The position numbers and the translations under genes are program-made. Below, piece by piece: positions 1 to 9,746 of a stretch of DNA of 64,000 nucleotides (position 1 is the first letter of the stretch; each line of letters opens with the position of its first letter). Location: NCBI GenBank assembly GCA_965204745.1, contig OZ242010.1, positions 1,248,001 to 1,312,000 of the forward strand, read 5' to 3'. The notes beneath the pieces are model-generated. The model did no database searches and had not been told where the DNA came from. It was given only the letters and a program-made list of their open reading frames with translations. This DNA is from Candidatus Latescibacterota bacterium. Its GTDB lineage: Bacteria > Latescibacterota > UBA2968.

Positions 1-146
1 ACGCAATTCACTTTGGGATAAAAAAAAGTTGGCAAGGCTGAAGCCTCCAGAGCCACGCGATATCCCTGGCAGAATCAGAGGGTCTTGCGGGCTGTCTGAT
101 GAAACCCGGACATATTCAAGGGAGCGCCCCGCTGTCATACCAAATA

Positions 147-256
147 ATACCAAACTGAATTGCTGTTGTCCTGATGTGATGCGGTATGCGGCATTCTTAA
201 TTCCTAAATTTCTTGATGGGAGGCAGGATACGGACAATCGAAAATCAAATTGGTAT
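147..256. mobile_element. Small MITE-like element with ATACCAAA.TGA...TCAAATTGGTAT inverted ends
   Basis: Imperfect terminal inverted repeats at 147-158 and 245-256; the left ~25 nt (gaattgctgttgtcct) recur at 341-366. Confidence 0.5.
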
Positions 257-340
257 AAATCACTTCAGCACATGCTCGGGGCACACGCACGCGCTCAACG
301 CAGTGACCTATTTTTTTTAAAAACGAGAATATTGTAAATT

Positions 341-518
341 ATACTAAATTGAATTGCTGTTGTCCTATATACTGGGACACTTCAACTATTGCTGCTTGGG
401 ACAGGCACGGGGCCTGTTCCTACGATACGTCTATTACTCGCTACGCTCCGTTGTAGGCTACGCCTGTGCGCGCTTTTGTCGTAAAAAAAATGAGAACAAA
501 TAAAAATCAAATTGGTAT
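341..518. mobile_element. Second MITE-like element of the same family, carrying a REP-like palindrome
   Basis: ATACTAAATTGA at 341 and TCAAATTGGTAT at 507-518; contains gggacaggcacggggcctgttcctac and the gttgtaggctacgcctgtgc module. Confidence 0.5.
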
Positions 519-627
519 AAAAAAGGATCATAACCGCCCCTGTGCGCGACCAAACAGTGAGGGCAAAATAGAGCTGTTAAGTGCCCATTCGCACACAGCG
601 GCGAGCCGTAAAAAAAGGGCTTTTGCC

Positions 628-3600
628 ATGTTCGTTCAATACCTGATATCTTTGGGCAGGCACAGGGGCCACGACCCTCCCTTTTATCTGCTTGATACTT
701 TTGCACTTGTGCTTCTCATCGCCTTTGTCGTCTGTGGCAGAGCCAGCGCGCAACCGGGCATGCCCGCGATTAACCGCGTGGCAATAGGAAACGGGTATCT
801 CACCGTCACTTGGACAGCACCGAAAAACAAGGGCGGCGGCATCGATAGCTACAAAGTGACCGCCGATCCGGGCACCCCCGCTATCGATTCGGATGATCGC
901 ACCTGCCCTGCCACCGAGACGAGTGGAGCCGCCACCGCTTGCACCCTTACCGACCTGAGCAATGGCACGGCGTACACCGTGCGCGTGGTGGCGATCAATT
1001 CGGCCGGCAACAGCGTGCCGTCGGTCTCGGTGGTTGCATCCCCCCGAGACGCTGGCGGGGTCCTCATCGTTGGGGGCAATGGGAAAACCAAGTTTTTGAG
1101 GTATCCAAAATTGGGTTCTACGCTCAGCGCGTTGGTCGCGGAATACGCACGCGGGGCATCCGGTGCTAGCAAGCGTTCGGGGCGAGTGGAATCCATTCCG
1201 GTGTGGATGCAAATCGACACGCAGGCCAACGTGGATGTGATCGTGCGTTTTTTGACCGACAATGGCGTGCAATCGCCGAGGGCGCACAAGGGGAGTGCCG
1301 ATGACGCGATCAAGGGCCTGATCGAGGCGTATGTGCCCGTGTCGCTCCTCGTGCGGTTGTCCGAACAGCCGGGCGTTTTGCTCATTGAACAGGTCATTCC
1401 ACCCAAGGCAGATTCGGCACTTTCGGTACTCACGCGCACGCCTGCGGTGGCGCACGAGGCCATTGCTTGGCATTCGGCCGGATATGATGGGACGGGTGTC
1501 AAAGTCGGTGTGATAGACGAGGGCTTCGAGAACTTCCGCACCACTTTTGGCACGCGCACGGTTCAGGCGCATTGCTATATCACCTCTATGGATACGGAGG
1601 TCGCGACTATGGATACGGTGGTCGCGACGAGTGAGATTGCCAACTGCGAAACCGAAACCAATCATGGCACCAAGGTGACCCAATCCCTGCTGCATATCGC
1701 GCCGCAGGTGTCTCTTTACATCGCCAATCCGCGCACACAATGGGAACTGCGAGAGGCTGTGAACTGGATGAAGGCTCGGGATGTTCGGGTTATCAATCAT
1801 TCAATAAGTTGGACATGGGATGGCCCGGGCGACGGGACAGCGCCTCTTGTCCATAGCCCGCTAAAAACCGTCGATACTGCGGTTGCGGATAGCATTATTT
1901 GGGTTAATTCGGCAGGAAATGCCGCGAGAAAGACGTGGTATTCGGCCTCTCCAACTTGGAGTTCGAGCACCAACTTGGAGTTCAGTGCTGGGGACACCTG
2001 CAACGCCGTCTTCTTAACGAGGGATAAGAAGTCGGTATTTCAACTGAGATGGGCAGATATATGGCCTAAGGCCACGACCGACTTGGACCTTTACCTGTTG
2101 AACAGCGCGGGTACAGATACGGTTGCTTTTTCAAAAAACCCACAGAGCGGAGAGGAAGCTCACTATCCAGCGGAATATATTGTGTACACCCCCTCCTCGG
2201 GTGGCTCTTATTGCTTAATGGTCGATCTCCACAGTGAAACAGGCCCCGCCTGGGTTCAACTGCAAGCCTTTGATGGCACTGGCAACTTGGAGTACTACAC
2301 CGAGCGAGGCAGCATAACCAACCCGTCGGAGAGTGCCAATGCGGGTATGTTGGCCGTTGGCGCCGCCCATTATTATTGGGGTACCATTGAACTCTTTAGC
2401 GGCCGTGGGCCAACGCCCGATGGTCGAACCAAGCCCGATATCGTTGGCGCGGATGGGTACAACTTCTTTTTTGGCACCAGTTACGGAGCGCCCCATGTCG
2501 CGGGGTTAGCCGCCCTGGTCATCGACCGATATGAAAGCGATGCGAACTACGACACGCCGGCAGAGGTAGCCGCATATCTAAAAAACAATGCGCGGGACTT
2601 GGGTAGCACTGGCCCCGACAATACCTGGGGCCATGGGTTTGCCGAATTGCCAACCCCTCCAGTGGTCGATGGCACTCAGACTGTCACCATTGCGGATGCC
2701 AACCTACGCGCAGTGATTGAAGACAGCCTGGGCAAAGCACGCGGGGCGCCAATTACCCGAAGTGAGATGGCGACCTTGTCTTGCCTCGAGGGGACGAACT
2801 CGAACATCCGCACATTGACCGGGCTAGAATATGCGATCAACCTGCTTCTCCTGGATCTCGGGGATGCAGGTGGCGATGCCACTGCCGTCAACAGCAACGC
2901 GGTCTCGAGCCTGTCGCCGCTTCGGGGCTTAAACCATTTAATCGTTCTCGATCTTTGGGGCAACAACGTCTCTGACCTCTCGCCATTGGTGGCAAACACG
3001 GGATTGGGGCGCGGCGATGCCATTCAACTGAGAAACAACCCATTGAGTGCCACCGCACGCCTCTCGCACCTCTCCACCCTTCAGGATCGCGGGGTGACAG
3101 TGTATTTCGACGAGGCCACTTTATCTGCATTTCCTGCGACGCTGACGCTGACCGAAGAGAACCTCAACGGGCAACAAGTCGAAGTAACCCTGTCGGCGGG
3201 CTATACGTATGAGAATAGTACTACCGACGGCTTTGCACGGGCCTTCATATTGGCCTCGGCTCCTCCGGGCGTAACCATCGGTAGCGTGACCACATCTTCC
3301 AATAAAGTGTCCAGGTTGACGCTCGCGTACGACAAGACCGATTTCGACACCAACGCGAACTTGCGCGTCATCATAAATCCATTCGCCCACTCCGGCACGA
3401 GCGTTATCACGTCGTCGCCGCTCACAGTAACAGCCACAGATGAAGATGCGCCGAGGGTAACGCTGTCGCTGTCGCCCTCGTCAATTTCTGAGAACGGCGG
3501 GGTTTCGACGGTGAGCGCGACCCTATCGCATCCGTCGAGCGCGGCGACGACGCTCACGGTTTCGGCTTTGCCTGTGTCCCCTGCGACTGCGAGCGACTTC

Positions 3601-4167
3601 ACGCTATCGAGTGCGGACACGCTGACCGTCGCGGCGACTGCGACGACGAGCACGGGCACCGTGACGATCACCGCCGTGGACAACGACGATTGGGCGGTCG
3701 CCAAGACGGTCACGGTGTCTGCAACCGCAAACAACGCCCAAGGCATCACCGCACCCGCACCCGTGACCCTGACCCTGACCGATGACGAAAGCCCGAGTGC
3801 CAACTTGGATGTGGATGGCAATGGCGAGGTGAGGCTGTTCTCGGATATAATCCTGATCATTCGATACGTCCTCTTCTTCCGGAACGAGGCCCTCATCAGA
3901 GGGAATGTCATCGAGCCAACTGCCACGCGCACGACCCCGCAAGAAATTGAACCCTACCTCGACACGTTGGTCGATCAGAACATTCTCGATGTGGATGGCG
4001 ATGGCGATGTGAGGCTGTTCTCGGATATAATCCTGATCATTCGATATGTCCTCTTCTTCCGGAACGAGGCCCTCCTCAGAGGGAACGTCATCGAGCCAAC
4101 TGCCACGCGCACGACCGCTCAAGACATTACATCCTACATCGAAAGCCTCTATCCCGCCTCTCCATGA
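628..4167 (+). CDS. Secreted S8 (subtilisin-like) serine protease with FN3, LRR, Ig-like repeats and tandem dockerin-like C-terminus
   Basis: Catalytic motifs VGVIDEGF (D), TNHGTKV (H), SAGNAA (N), GTSYGAPHVAG (S); FN3 (LTVTWTAP...YTVRVVAIN); internalin-type LRR; signal peptide ending RASA. The ORF start at 466 lies in a MITE, so ATG 628 is preferred. Confidence 0.85.
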   Translation: MFVQYLISLGRHRGHDPPFYLLDTFALVLLIAFVVCGRASAQPGMPAINRVAIGNGYLTVTWTAPKNKGGGIDSYKVTADPGTPAIDSDDRTCPATETSGAATACTLTDLSNGTAYTVRVVAINSAGNSVPSVSVVASPRDAGGVLIVGGNGKTKFLRYPKLGSTLSALVAEYARGASGASKRSGRVESIPVWMQIDTQANVDVIVRFLTDNGVQSPRAHKGSADDAIKGLIEAYVPVSLLVRLSEQPGVLLIEQVIPPKADSALSVLTRTPAVAHEAIAWHSAGYDGTGVKVGVIDEGFENFRTTFGTRTVQAHCYITSMDTEVATMDTVVATSEIANCETETNHGTKVTQSLLHIAPQVSLYIANPRTQWELREAVNWMKARDVRVINHSISWTWDGPGDGTAPLVHSPLKTVDTAVADSIIWVNSAGNAARKTWYSASPTWSSSTNLEFSAGDTCNAVFLTRDKKSVFQLRWADIWPKATTDLDLYLLNSAGTDTVAFSKNPQSGEEAHYPAEYIVYTPSSGGSYCLMVDLHSETGPAWVQLQAFDGTGNLEYYTERGSITNPSESANAGMLAVGAAHYYWGTIELFSGRGPTPDGRTKPDIVGADGYNFFFGTSYGAPHVAGLAALVIDRYESDANYDTPAEVAAYLKNNARDLGSTGPDNTWGHGFAELPTPPVVDGTQTVTIADANLRAVIEDSLGKARGAPITRSEMATLSCLEGTNSNIRTLTGLEYAINLLLLDLGDAGGDATAVNSNAVSSLSPLRGLNHLIVLDLWGNNVSDLSPLVANTGLGRGDAIQLRNNPLSATARLSHLSTLQDRGVTVYFDEATLSAFPATLTLTEENLNGQQVEVTLSAGYTYENSTTDGFARAFILASAPPGVTIGSVTTSSNKVSRLTLAYDKTDFDTNANLRVIINPFAHSGTSVITSSPLTVTATDEDAPRVTLSLSPSSISENGGVSTVSATLSHPSSAATTLTVSALPVSPATASDFTLSSADTLTVAATATTSTGTVTITAVDNDDWAVAKTVTVSATANNAQGITAPAPVTLTLTDDESPSANLDVDGNGEVRLFSDIILIIRYVLFFRNEALIRGNVIEPTATRTTPQEIEPYLDTLVDQNILDVDGDGDVRLFSDIILIIRYVLFFRNEALLRGNVIEPTATRTTAQDITSYIESLYPASP

Positions 4168-4392
4168 GGCGACGACCGCATCGGCGAAGGGATACCGACC
4201 CTTGATTTTATCGTTGGATGTGAGGACGGGCACGGGGCCTGTCCCTACGGGTGATGGGTGGAACTGATCGCTGACCGATGGGGCATGAGGCCGGGGTCAC
4301 GCACACAGCGGGATGGACACATGACGGGCACGCACGGGTGGTTGGAGAAGATGGGCATGCACGGAGGCACCGCCCCTACTGCTGTCGTTTCA

Positions 4393-6842
4393 TCAATGCG
4401 GCAAATAGTGTTCGTGCAGGTGATCCTTGGCGACGCCATCTGCGATCATGGCCTCGATATGCGCGTCATCATACCCCAATTCCCGCAGAATCTCTCGGGT
4501 GTGCGCGCCTTGTTTGGGGCAGGCGTAGAGCAGTTGAATCGGAGCGTTTTTCAGACGCACATAAGCCGGCGGCGCGAGATCGACCGCACTGCCGACCGGG
4601 TGATCCACAAAGCGAACAATGGCAATGGACCGCCCGTCATCCCATGCGTTCAGATCGTCTGCGGACACCTCGTGCAAATACCTGCTGCGAATGTCCTCGA
4701 GCGAATCGATGCGGTGCCCGGCCAACCCTGCATCGTTAAACAATTTGACCCAATGGGCCACCTCGCGCTGCGCGATCTTTGCTTCCAAAAATTTCTCTGT
4801 GCCCTCATCCGGCGCGTGTTCCAAGCCCGGGACGCGCCTCAATTTGTCGATCTCATGGCGTAGCCCACCCACAAAAACCCACCCATCCCGTGCGCGATAC
4901 ATGCGGTGCAAGGCGTGTTCGCCCATTGCATCTTGACCCGAAGGTTCATCGCCCGAGCACGCGCTTTGGCACGCAAACATAAAAGGCGCCTGCACGAGTT
5001 GCCCGCCCTGCGCGAGCGACGTGGTCACAAAATCCCCGCCATCCGGAACCCCGCTGCGCCTGCGTTTGAACAGCGCGAGCACCGCGCCATAAGTCGCTGA
5101 ATACCCCGTGATATAATCAATACAAGACGCCCACCCGTGCAAAATCGGTTTCTCGCCCGCGCCGCCGTAGCGCGTTTGAATGCCGGTCGATCCCTGAAGC
5201 AGAGGATCAAAGCCCGGGCGATTCATCCACGGCCCCGGGCGCGGCCCATGGAATGCCGTCAGGTTGAGATAGACGATATCGGGCTTGCACCTCTTGACCG
5301 AGTCGTAGTCAATGCCCAAATTTTCAGCCACCCCGGCCGGAAATTGTGGACGATCACATCGGCTGTTTCGACCAACTTCATAAACGCGGCCCTGCCGGTC
5401 TCTGCCTTCAAATTTAGGATCGCGCTACGCTTGCCGGGGCTGACCTCTATCGGAAACCAACTGGAAACGCGCGGGCCAAAATAGGGTTCGGGCGGATCGA
5501 TCTTGATGACCTCTGCACCGTATTCCGCCAACGTGCGCGCACTGGCCGGGCCGGCCAACACATTGGACAAATCCAAAACCCGAACCCCTTCGAGAATAGG
5601 CGTTGCCGGCACTGTTGCGACGTCCGGCCTGGGCTTGGGTTCAGCGCATCCGGCGAACGACCGCCGGGGTTTGGGAATGACGCAGTCCGCCGGGGTTTTG
5701 GAAAGCCACGTTTGCACGCCAAGTTGCCGCGTCGGCCCATACTCGGGATCGTCCACCACGACAGTCAACGCCGCCTCGTCCGTCTCGGCCTTGTGCAACC
5801 ACTCCTGCGCCGTGCGCTGAATCGTACACGGCACGCCCGCAGCAGTCAACACATCGACCCAGTGTTGCGCCGGTTCGCTCGCAACCACGGCCTCAATTTT
5901 CTTTCGCACCTTGCGATTCCACTCCCCGGACAAATGCGACGAATCCGGAATATTATTCGTCAGATGGAGATTGTCATACACCGGCGCATCGACCATGCCC
6001 TGCGCGATCAGATCGTCATACACCTCCAACGCCTTGACCAGGGATCGGCTGTTCCGCGCATGCCCGGCCGCGATGATGTACAGCCATTGCCCATCCCCTG
6101 CGAGGAACGAGCCGCTAAACGGCGACCCCTCGCCCCGGTTCTGGCGCGCGACTTTTCGCGCTGCATCCACCGGCAGGCCGTATCGCGCGGGTTTCTCTGC
6201 GGCATCCAACATAATCACAGCCATCGCAGACATGGCCGCGCCCACCAACGAAACCTCGATCACATCGCCCCGCCCGGTTTCTTCGCGCGCGTACAGGGCC
6301 AGGGTCGCGGCGATGGCCCCGTGAATCGCGCCATAAGTCGATCCCAATGGCATGGGCGTGTAAATGGGCCGCACGTCCAACAATCGGCGCGCGCTCTGCA
6401 AATCCGTGTATTGACCAATCGCCGCGCTGATAATGCCCTCAAATGCGCGGATCGATGCTTTTTCATCCGCAGCGGCAAACCCCGGCAACGAGAGATAGAC
6501 CAAGCCCGGATTTCGTGCGGTCATCTCTTCCGCGCCCAATCCCAACCGACGCATGACCCCCGGGCGAAAATTCTCAATCACCACATCTGCCGACAAAACC
6601 AAATCCACGGCCCGCGCCCGATCATCCGCATCTTTCAAATCCAAGGTGACGCACTGCTTGCCCCGATTAAAAACCCCATTTACAGGGGTATCATAATCGG
6701 GCCTGCCCGGCCGATCCACCTTGATGACCTCGGCCCCCTGATCCGCGAGCAACATCCCGGCCAATGGCCCGGCGATATAATGCCCAAAATCAATGACGCG
6801 AACCCCGGTCAATGGCGCCTGCGTATCGCGTTCTCTGTCCAT
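4393..6842 (-). pseudogene. Double-domain CaiB/BaiF (family III) CoA-transferase, split by a 1-nt frameshift
   Basis: Two CaiB domains (PLTGVRVIDFGHYIAGP and LEGVRVLDLSNVLAGP); the frame shifts at the G4 run 5331-5334 (NFRPG|VAENLGIDY); may be a sequencing error. Confidence 0.8.
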
Positions 6843-6980
6843 CCCTGTCTCCTCTTGGTGTTTTCGTGACCCGAATAATAATGCGTTTGGGTCGAGGGGG
6901 TTAGTAAAAAAACGATCTGAAAATTTGAGGATGGGCAGGGTGAAGAACTCCGTGTTGGGGCGAATAATTATTTGCCCCAA

Positions 6981-7050
6981 CTTTGAACTGGCTGTCGCCA
7001 GTTGTACCCCCCCTTTTGTGCTTTGAACTGGCTGTCGCCAGTTGTACCCC
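6981..7050. repeat. Direct repeat CTTTGAACTGGCTGTCGCCAGTTGTACCCC x2, member of a dispersed family
   Basis: Identical 30-mers at 6981 and 7021; related copies near 39513 and 62881. Confidence 0.8.
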
Positions 7051-7147
7051 GCTCGTGCCTTTTGTGGCTATCTCCTTTACCCCACCTGCACGCCCCAATC
7101 CGCGTTCATCCGCTTCATCCGCGATCCTTCTTTGAAAGAGATTTGTC

Positions 7148-7176
7148 TTGCAAACGCCCTGCCGATGCCGTATCAT
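7148..7176 (+). promoter_or_regulatory. Sigma-70 promoter
   Basis: TTGCAA-17 bp-TATCAT immediately before a structured region. Confidence 0.65.
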
Positions 7177-7182
7177 AGCCGT

Positions 7183-7306
7183 GCGTATTTCAGAGTCTAA
7201 CCGCTGGAAGTGGCCCTGGCAGTATCGGCAACTTCCAGCCGGTTAAATGCTATGGTTTCGGCTTCCGAAAGGACCGAACTCAATCTTTTATAGACTCTGA
7301 GTACGC
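7183..7306 (+). ncRNA. Putative three-stem structured RNA (family not recognised)
   Basis: P1 7183-7199/7291-7306; P2 ~7200-7211/7231-7244; P3 7254-7280 capped by a GAAA tetraloop; promoter upstream, terminators downstream. Confidence 0.55.
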
Positions 7307-7342
7307 GGCCTATGGCGTTTAACCGGCAAAGCCCAGAAATCC

Positions 7343-7426
7343 ACCGGGTGCCGTAGGCTTGGCACTCGGTATTTTTTTAGACATTGACCGGGTGTCAGCA
7401 ACAACAGGACACGCGGTATTTTTTTT
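7343..7426 (+). terminator. Two tandem, mutually similar Rho-independent terminators
   Basis: accgggtgcc...ggcactcggt+ATTTTTTT (7343-7378) and accgggtgtc...gacacgcggt+ATTTTTTTT (7387-7426). Confidence 0.7.
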
Positions 7427-7439
7427 GAGGAGACTCGCT

Positions 7440-7571
7440 ATGTACACCACACACCAGCGGCAAATTCATCGCCATCGTTGTCACGGTAGCCCGCTTGCTC
7501 AACGCCTCAATTTGAGCATTGCCCCCACATCCACAAAAGGTCTGCACGCCGCGCTCATGGTTAATTTTTAG
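7440..7571 (+). CDS. Possible 43-aa small protein
   Basis: GAGGAGA RBS before ATG 7440; no recognisable homology. Confidence 0.3.
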   Translation: MYTTHQRQIHRHRCHGSPLAQRLNLSIAPTSTKGLHAALMVNF

Positions 7572-7606
7572 TGCGGGATTCACCACTTATTCAACAGGAG
7601 GAACAC

Positions 7607-8686
7607 ATGGCACGTCTCGTTGCAATCGTTTTGATTTTGGGCATGTACCGCCCAGATACACTGCTGGCAGGGGTGGTTTTTGAAGCCGGGGAAATCGACA
7701 GCAATGCGGTTCAGCCCGGCGCGTTTGTCGAGGTTATCTACGGCCAGGGCGTGCGGCATTCGGACACGGGAGCGTGGGAAAAGTTGGAGACCGTGCGCGG
7801 CTATCTCAAAGCCCTGGATGCAGAGCATATCACCATTGGCGGGCGGTTTTGGCAGAAGGAGATGGCGGCTGAGCGCGTGCAAAAGTTGACCGTTTTGGAT
7901 TCTGAACGCCCGGCGAGAAAGTCCGCACTCGCGCGGGTCGAGAACAACGCGCCTTCAGAAGTGGTGAATTGGTATTCGGATGAACGCGCAAGGCAGGTGA
8001 TCGTTGCCAAAGGCCGATATGTCGAAGTGACGTATCGCGGCGCGTATGGCGAGACCGAGATTGCAGAGGGGTTCGTCCGAGCGATAGATGAAACCGAACT
8101 GGCGATTTACCGAGGCGGCTGGCGCCAGACGATTTCGCGGGATGGGATCGACGTTCTCATCGTCTGCGATAACCCGAGCCAACTTCGACAGGCCAAGCGC
8201 GTCACAGCCCGAGGCGAGAAAAGAGATGAAAACAGATCGCCCCACATTTTCTCACCATTGTTGGAAAACAGATCATCTCGCATTTTCGCAAAATTGTTCA
8301 CTGGCTTTGCTACCGGAGGGGTTGGGTATTTGGTTGGTAGCAGAATTGGTAGCCTGACTGGTGAAGGTGGATGGGATACCTTTGGGGCCGCAATTTTGGG
8401 CGGGGTCATCGCCTATACGGTAGGAGTGCCAATCGGCGTTAGCATAATCGACCCACATGATCAACCTGTCAAAACAGCGGCCGGTAGTTTCATGGGATTC
8501 GGTGCTGGCATTGTCATTTACTCCCTCAACCAAGAGTATTGGCAAATGGCCTTTATCTGCCCGCTCGTCGGCGCCGTGATTATGTCCGAAAGGTCACACA
8601 ATACCCTTATCGTCCGCCAGTTTTCTATCGGCCTCGCCCCTGACCGCAATGGCAACCTAGCGGCCATTGCCACACTGCGGTTCTAA
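7607..8686 (+). CDS. Exported/membrane hypothetical protein (conserved N-terminal module plus hydrophobic Gly-rich C-terminus)
   Basis: AGGAGG RBS; signal-like N-terminus; the small beta domain is internally repeated; ends in ...ATLRF. Confidence 0.75.
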   Translation: MARLVAIVLILGMYRPDTLLAGVVFEAGEIDSNAVQPGAFVEVIYGQGVRHSDTGAWEKLETVRGYLKALDAEHITIGGRFWQKEMAAERVQKLTVLDSERPARKSALARVENNAPSEVVNWYSDERARQVIVAKGRYVEVTYRGAYGETEIAEGFVRAIDETELAIYRGGWRQTISRDGIDVLIVCDNPSQLRQAKRVTARGEKRDENRSPHIFSPLLENRSSRIFAKLFTGFATGGVGYLVGSRIGSLTGEGGWDTFGAAILGGVIAYTVGVPIGVSIIDPHDQPVKTAAGSFMGFGAGIVIYSLNQEYWQMAFICPLVGAVIMSERSHNTLIVRQFSIGLAPDRNGNLAAIATLRF

Positions 8687-8729
8687 CCGGCCCTCAAAGG
8701 GTCAGGCACTTATTCAACAGGAGGAACAC

Positions 8730-9503
8730 ATGGCACGGCTCGTTGCAATCGTTTTGATTTTGGGCATGTACCGCCCAGATACACTGCTGGCAGGGGTGGT
8801 TTTTGAAGCCGGGGAAATCGACAGCAATGCGGTTCAACCCGGCGCGTTTGTCGAGGTTATCTACGGCAAGGGCGAGCGCCATTCGGACACGGGAGCGTGG
8901 GAAAAGTTGGAGACCGTGCGCGGCTATCTCAAAGCCATGGATGAAGAGCATATCACCATTGGCGGGCGGTTTTGGCAGAAGGAGATCGCGGCTGAGCGCG
9001 TGCAAAAACTGACCGTTTTGGATTCTGAACGCCCGGCGAGAAAGTTCCCATTCGAGATCGGTGCAAACCTCCTGTCCATCCAAGTTTGGGACGCTGAAAG
9101 CAGGTGGACAATCATCCGTTTGGGAGGGGGAGATGGATTAACGGATCCCTCATTCTACATCTCCAGTTTCATTTTTGACCAAATGGCCTTTGACCTTGCA
9201 ATGGGGCTTACCTCCGTGTCCAGAGGAAATGGCGGAAGTTCGCGGACTTTATGGACGGGACACAGTGGGATCACGTACTTTCTGCAAGAGGGAAACGCAC
9301 CTTATGTCAAGTCTTTTGCGACAATTTGGGGCGGTAGTGGATCCGATTCCTCATTTAGTGCGGGTGTAGGCATAGGCTATCGCCATGTTGTCCAAAACAT
9401 AATGGCCCTCAGATTCGAGGCACGGTACGTGCGCTTGCTCGAAGCGAGAGAGAACCACATCAACATCCGCATGACCTTTGGCGTCGTTCTGGGAGGGAAA
9501 TGA
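8730..9503 (+). CDS. Paralogue with the same N-terminal module plus an outer-membrane beta-barrel-like C-terminus
   Basis: 8707-9045 is near-identical to 7584-7922; C-terminus has beta-barrel patterns (AGVGIGYR...RFEARY). Confidence 0.75.
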   Translation: MARLVAIVLILGMYRPDTLLAGVVFEAGEIDSNAVQPGAFVEVIYGKGERHSDTGAWEKLETVRGYLKAMDEEHITIGGRFWQKEIAAERVQKLTVLDSERPARKFPFEIGANLLSIQVWDAESRWTIIRLGGGDGLTDPSFYISSFIFDQMAFDLAMGLTSVSRGNGGSSRTLWTGHSGITYFLQEGNAPYVKSFATIWGGSGSDSSFSAGVGIGYRHVVQNIMALRFEARYVRLLEARENHINIRMTFGVVLGGK

Positions 9504-9504
9504 C

Positions 9505-9678
9505 ATGAGACGATCTATTTTTGTTCTGCTATGCCTGATGGTGGCGAGCACGGGATTCGCCCAAGATCGCGTCCCAGCAGTCATGGCGACTTTTCTCGCG
9601 CTTCCCAACAACGCCCGAGCCGCTGCCTTGGGCGAGGCCGGCGTGGGATTGATCGGGAGTGGATCTGCCATTTTCTAA
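9505..9678 (+). pseudogene. Truncated PorV/PorQ-family outer membrane protein N-terminus
   Basis: Signal peptide plus FLALPNNARAAALGEAGVG...AIF, then a stop where WNPA/YNPA is expected. Confidence 0.6.
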
Positions 9679-9701
9679 CTCGCGTTACGCAAAGCAATGA
9701 C

Positions 9702-9736
9702 AAAACGCCCGGGTTCGCAATGAACTCGGGCGTTTT
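9702..9736. terminator. Bidirectional terminator
   Basis: aaaacgcccgggttc...gaactcgggcgtttt between convergent genes. Confidence 0.75.
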
Positions 9737-9746
9737 GTTTTCGCGG

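Noticed and set aside
30-135. Possible hammerhead ribozyme or c-di-GMP riboswitch (ctgatga; ggcaa...acgcga)
   Set aside because: The required stems and the remaining conserved nucleotides could not be built
3793-4153. Possible DGR template/variable repeat pair among the dockerin-like repeats
   Set aside because: Differences are few and not visibly adenine-specific, and no reverse transcriptase is in the window
7183-7378. 6S RNA or tRNA identity for the structured RNA
   Set aside because: The fold is a three-way junction rather than a rod with a central bubble or a cloverleaf; no T-loop or CCA signature
7584-9678. Possible integron cassette array
   Set aside because: The repeats are coding N-termini plus RBS; no attC-like palindromes or integrase seen
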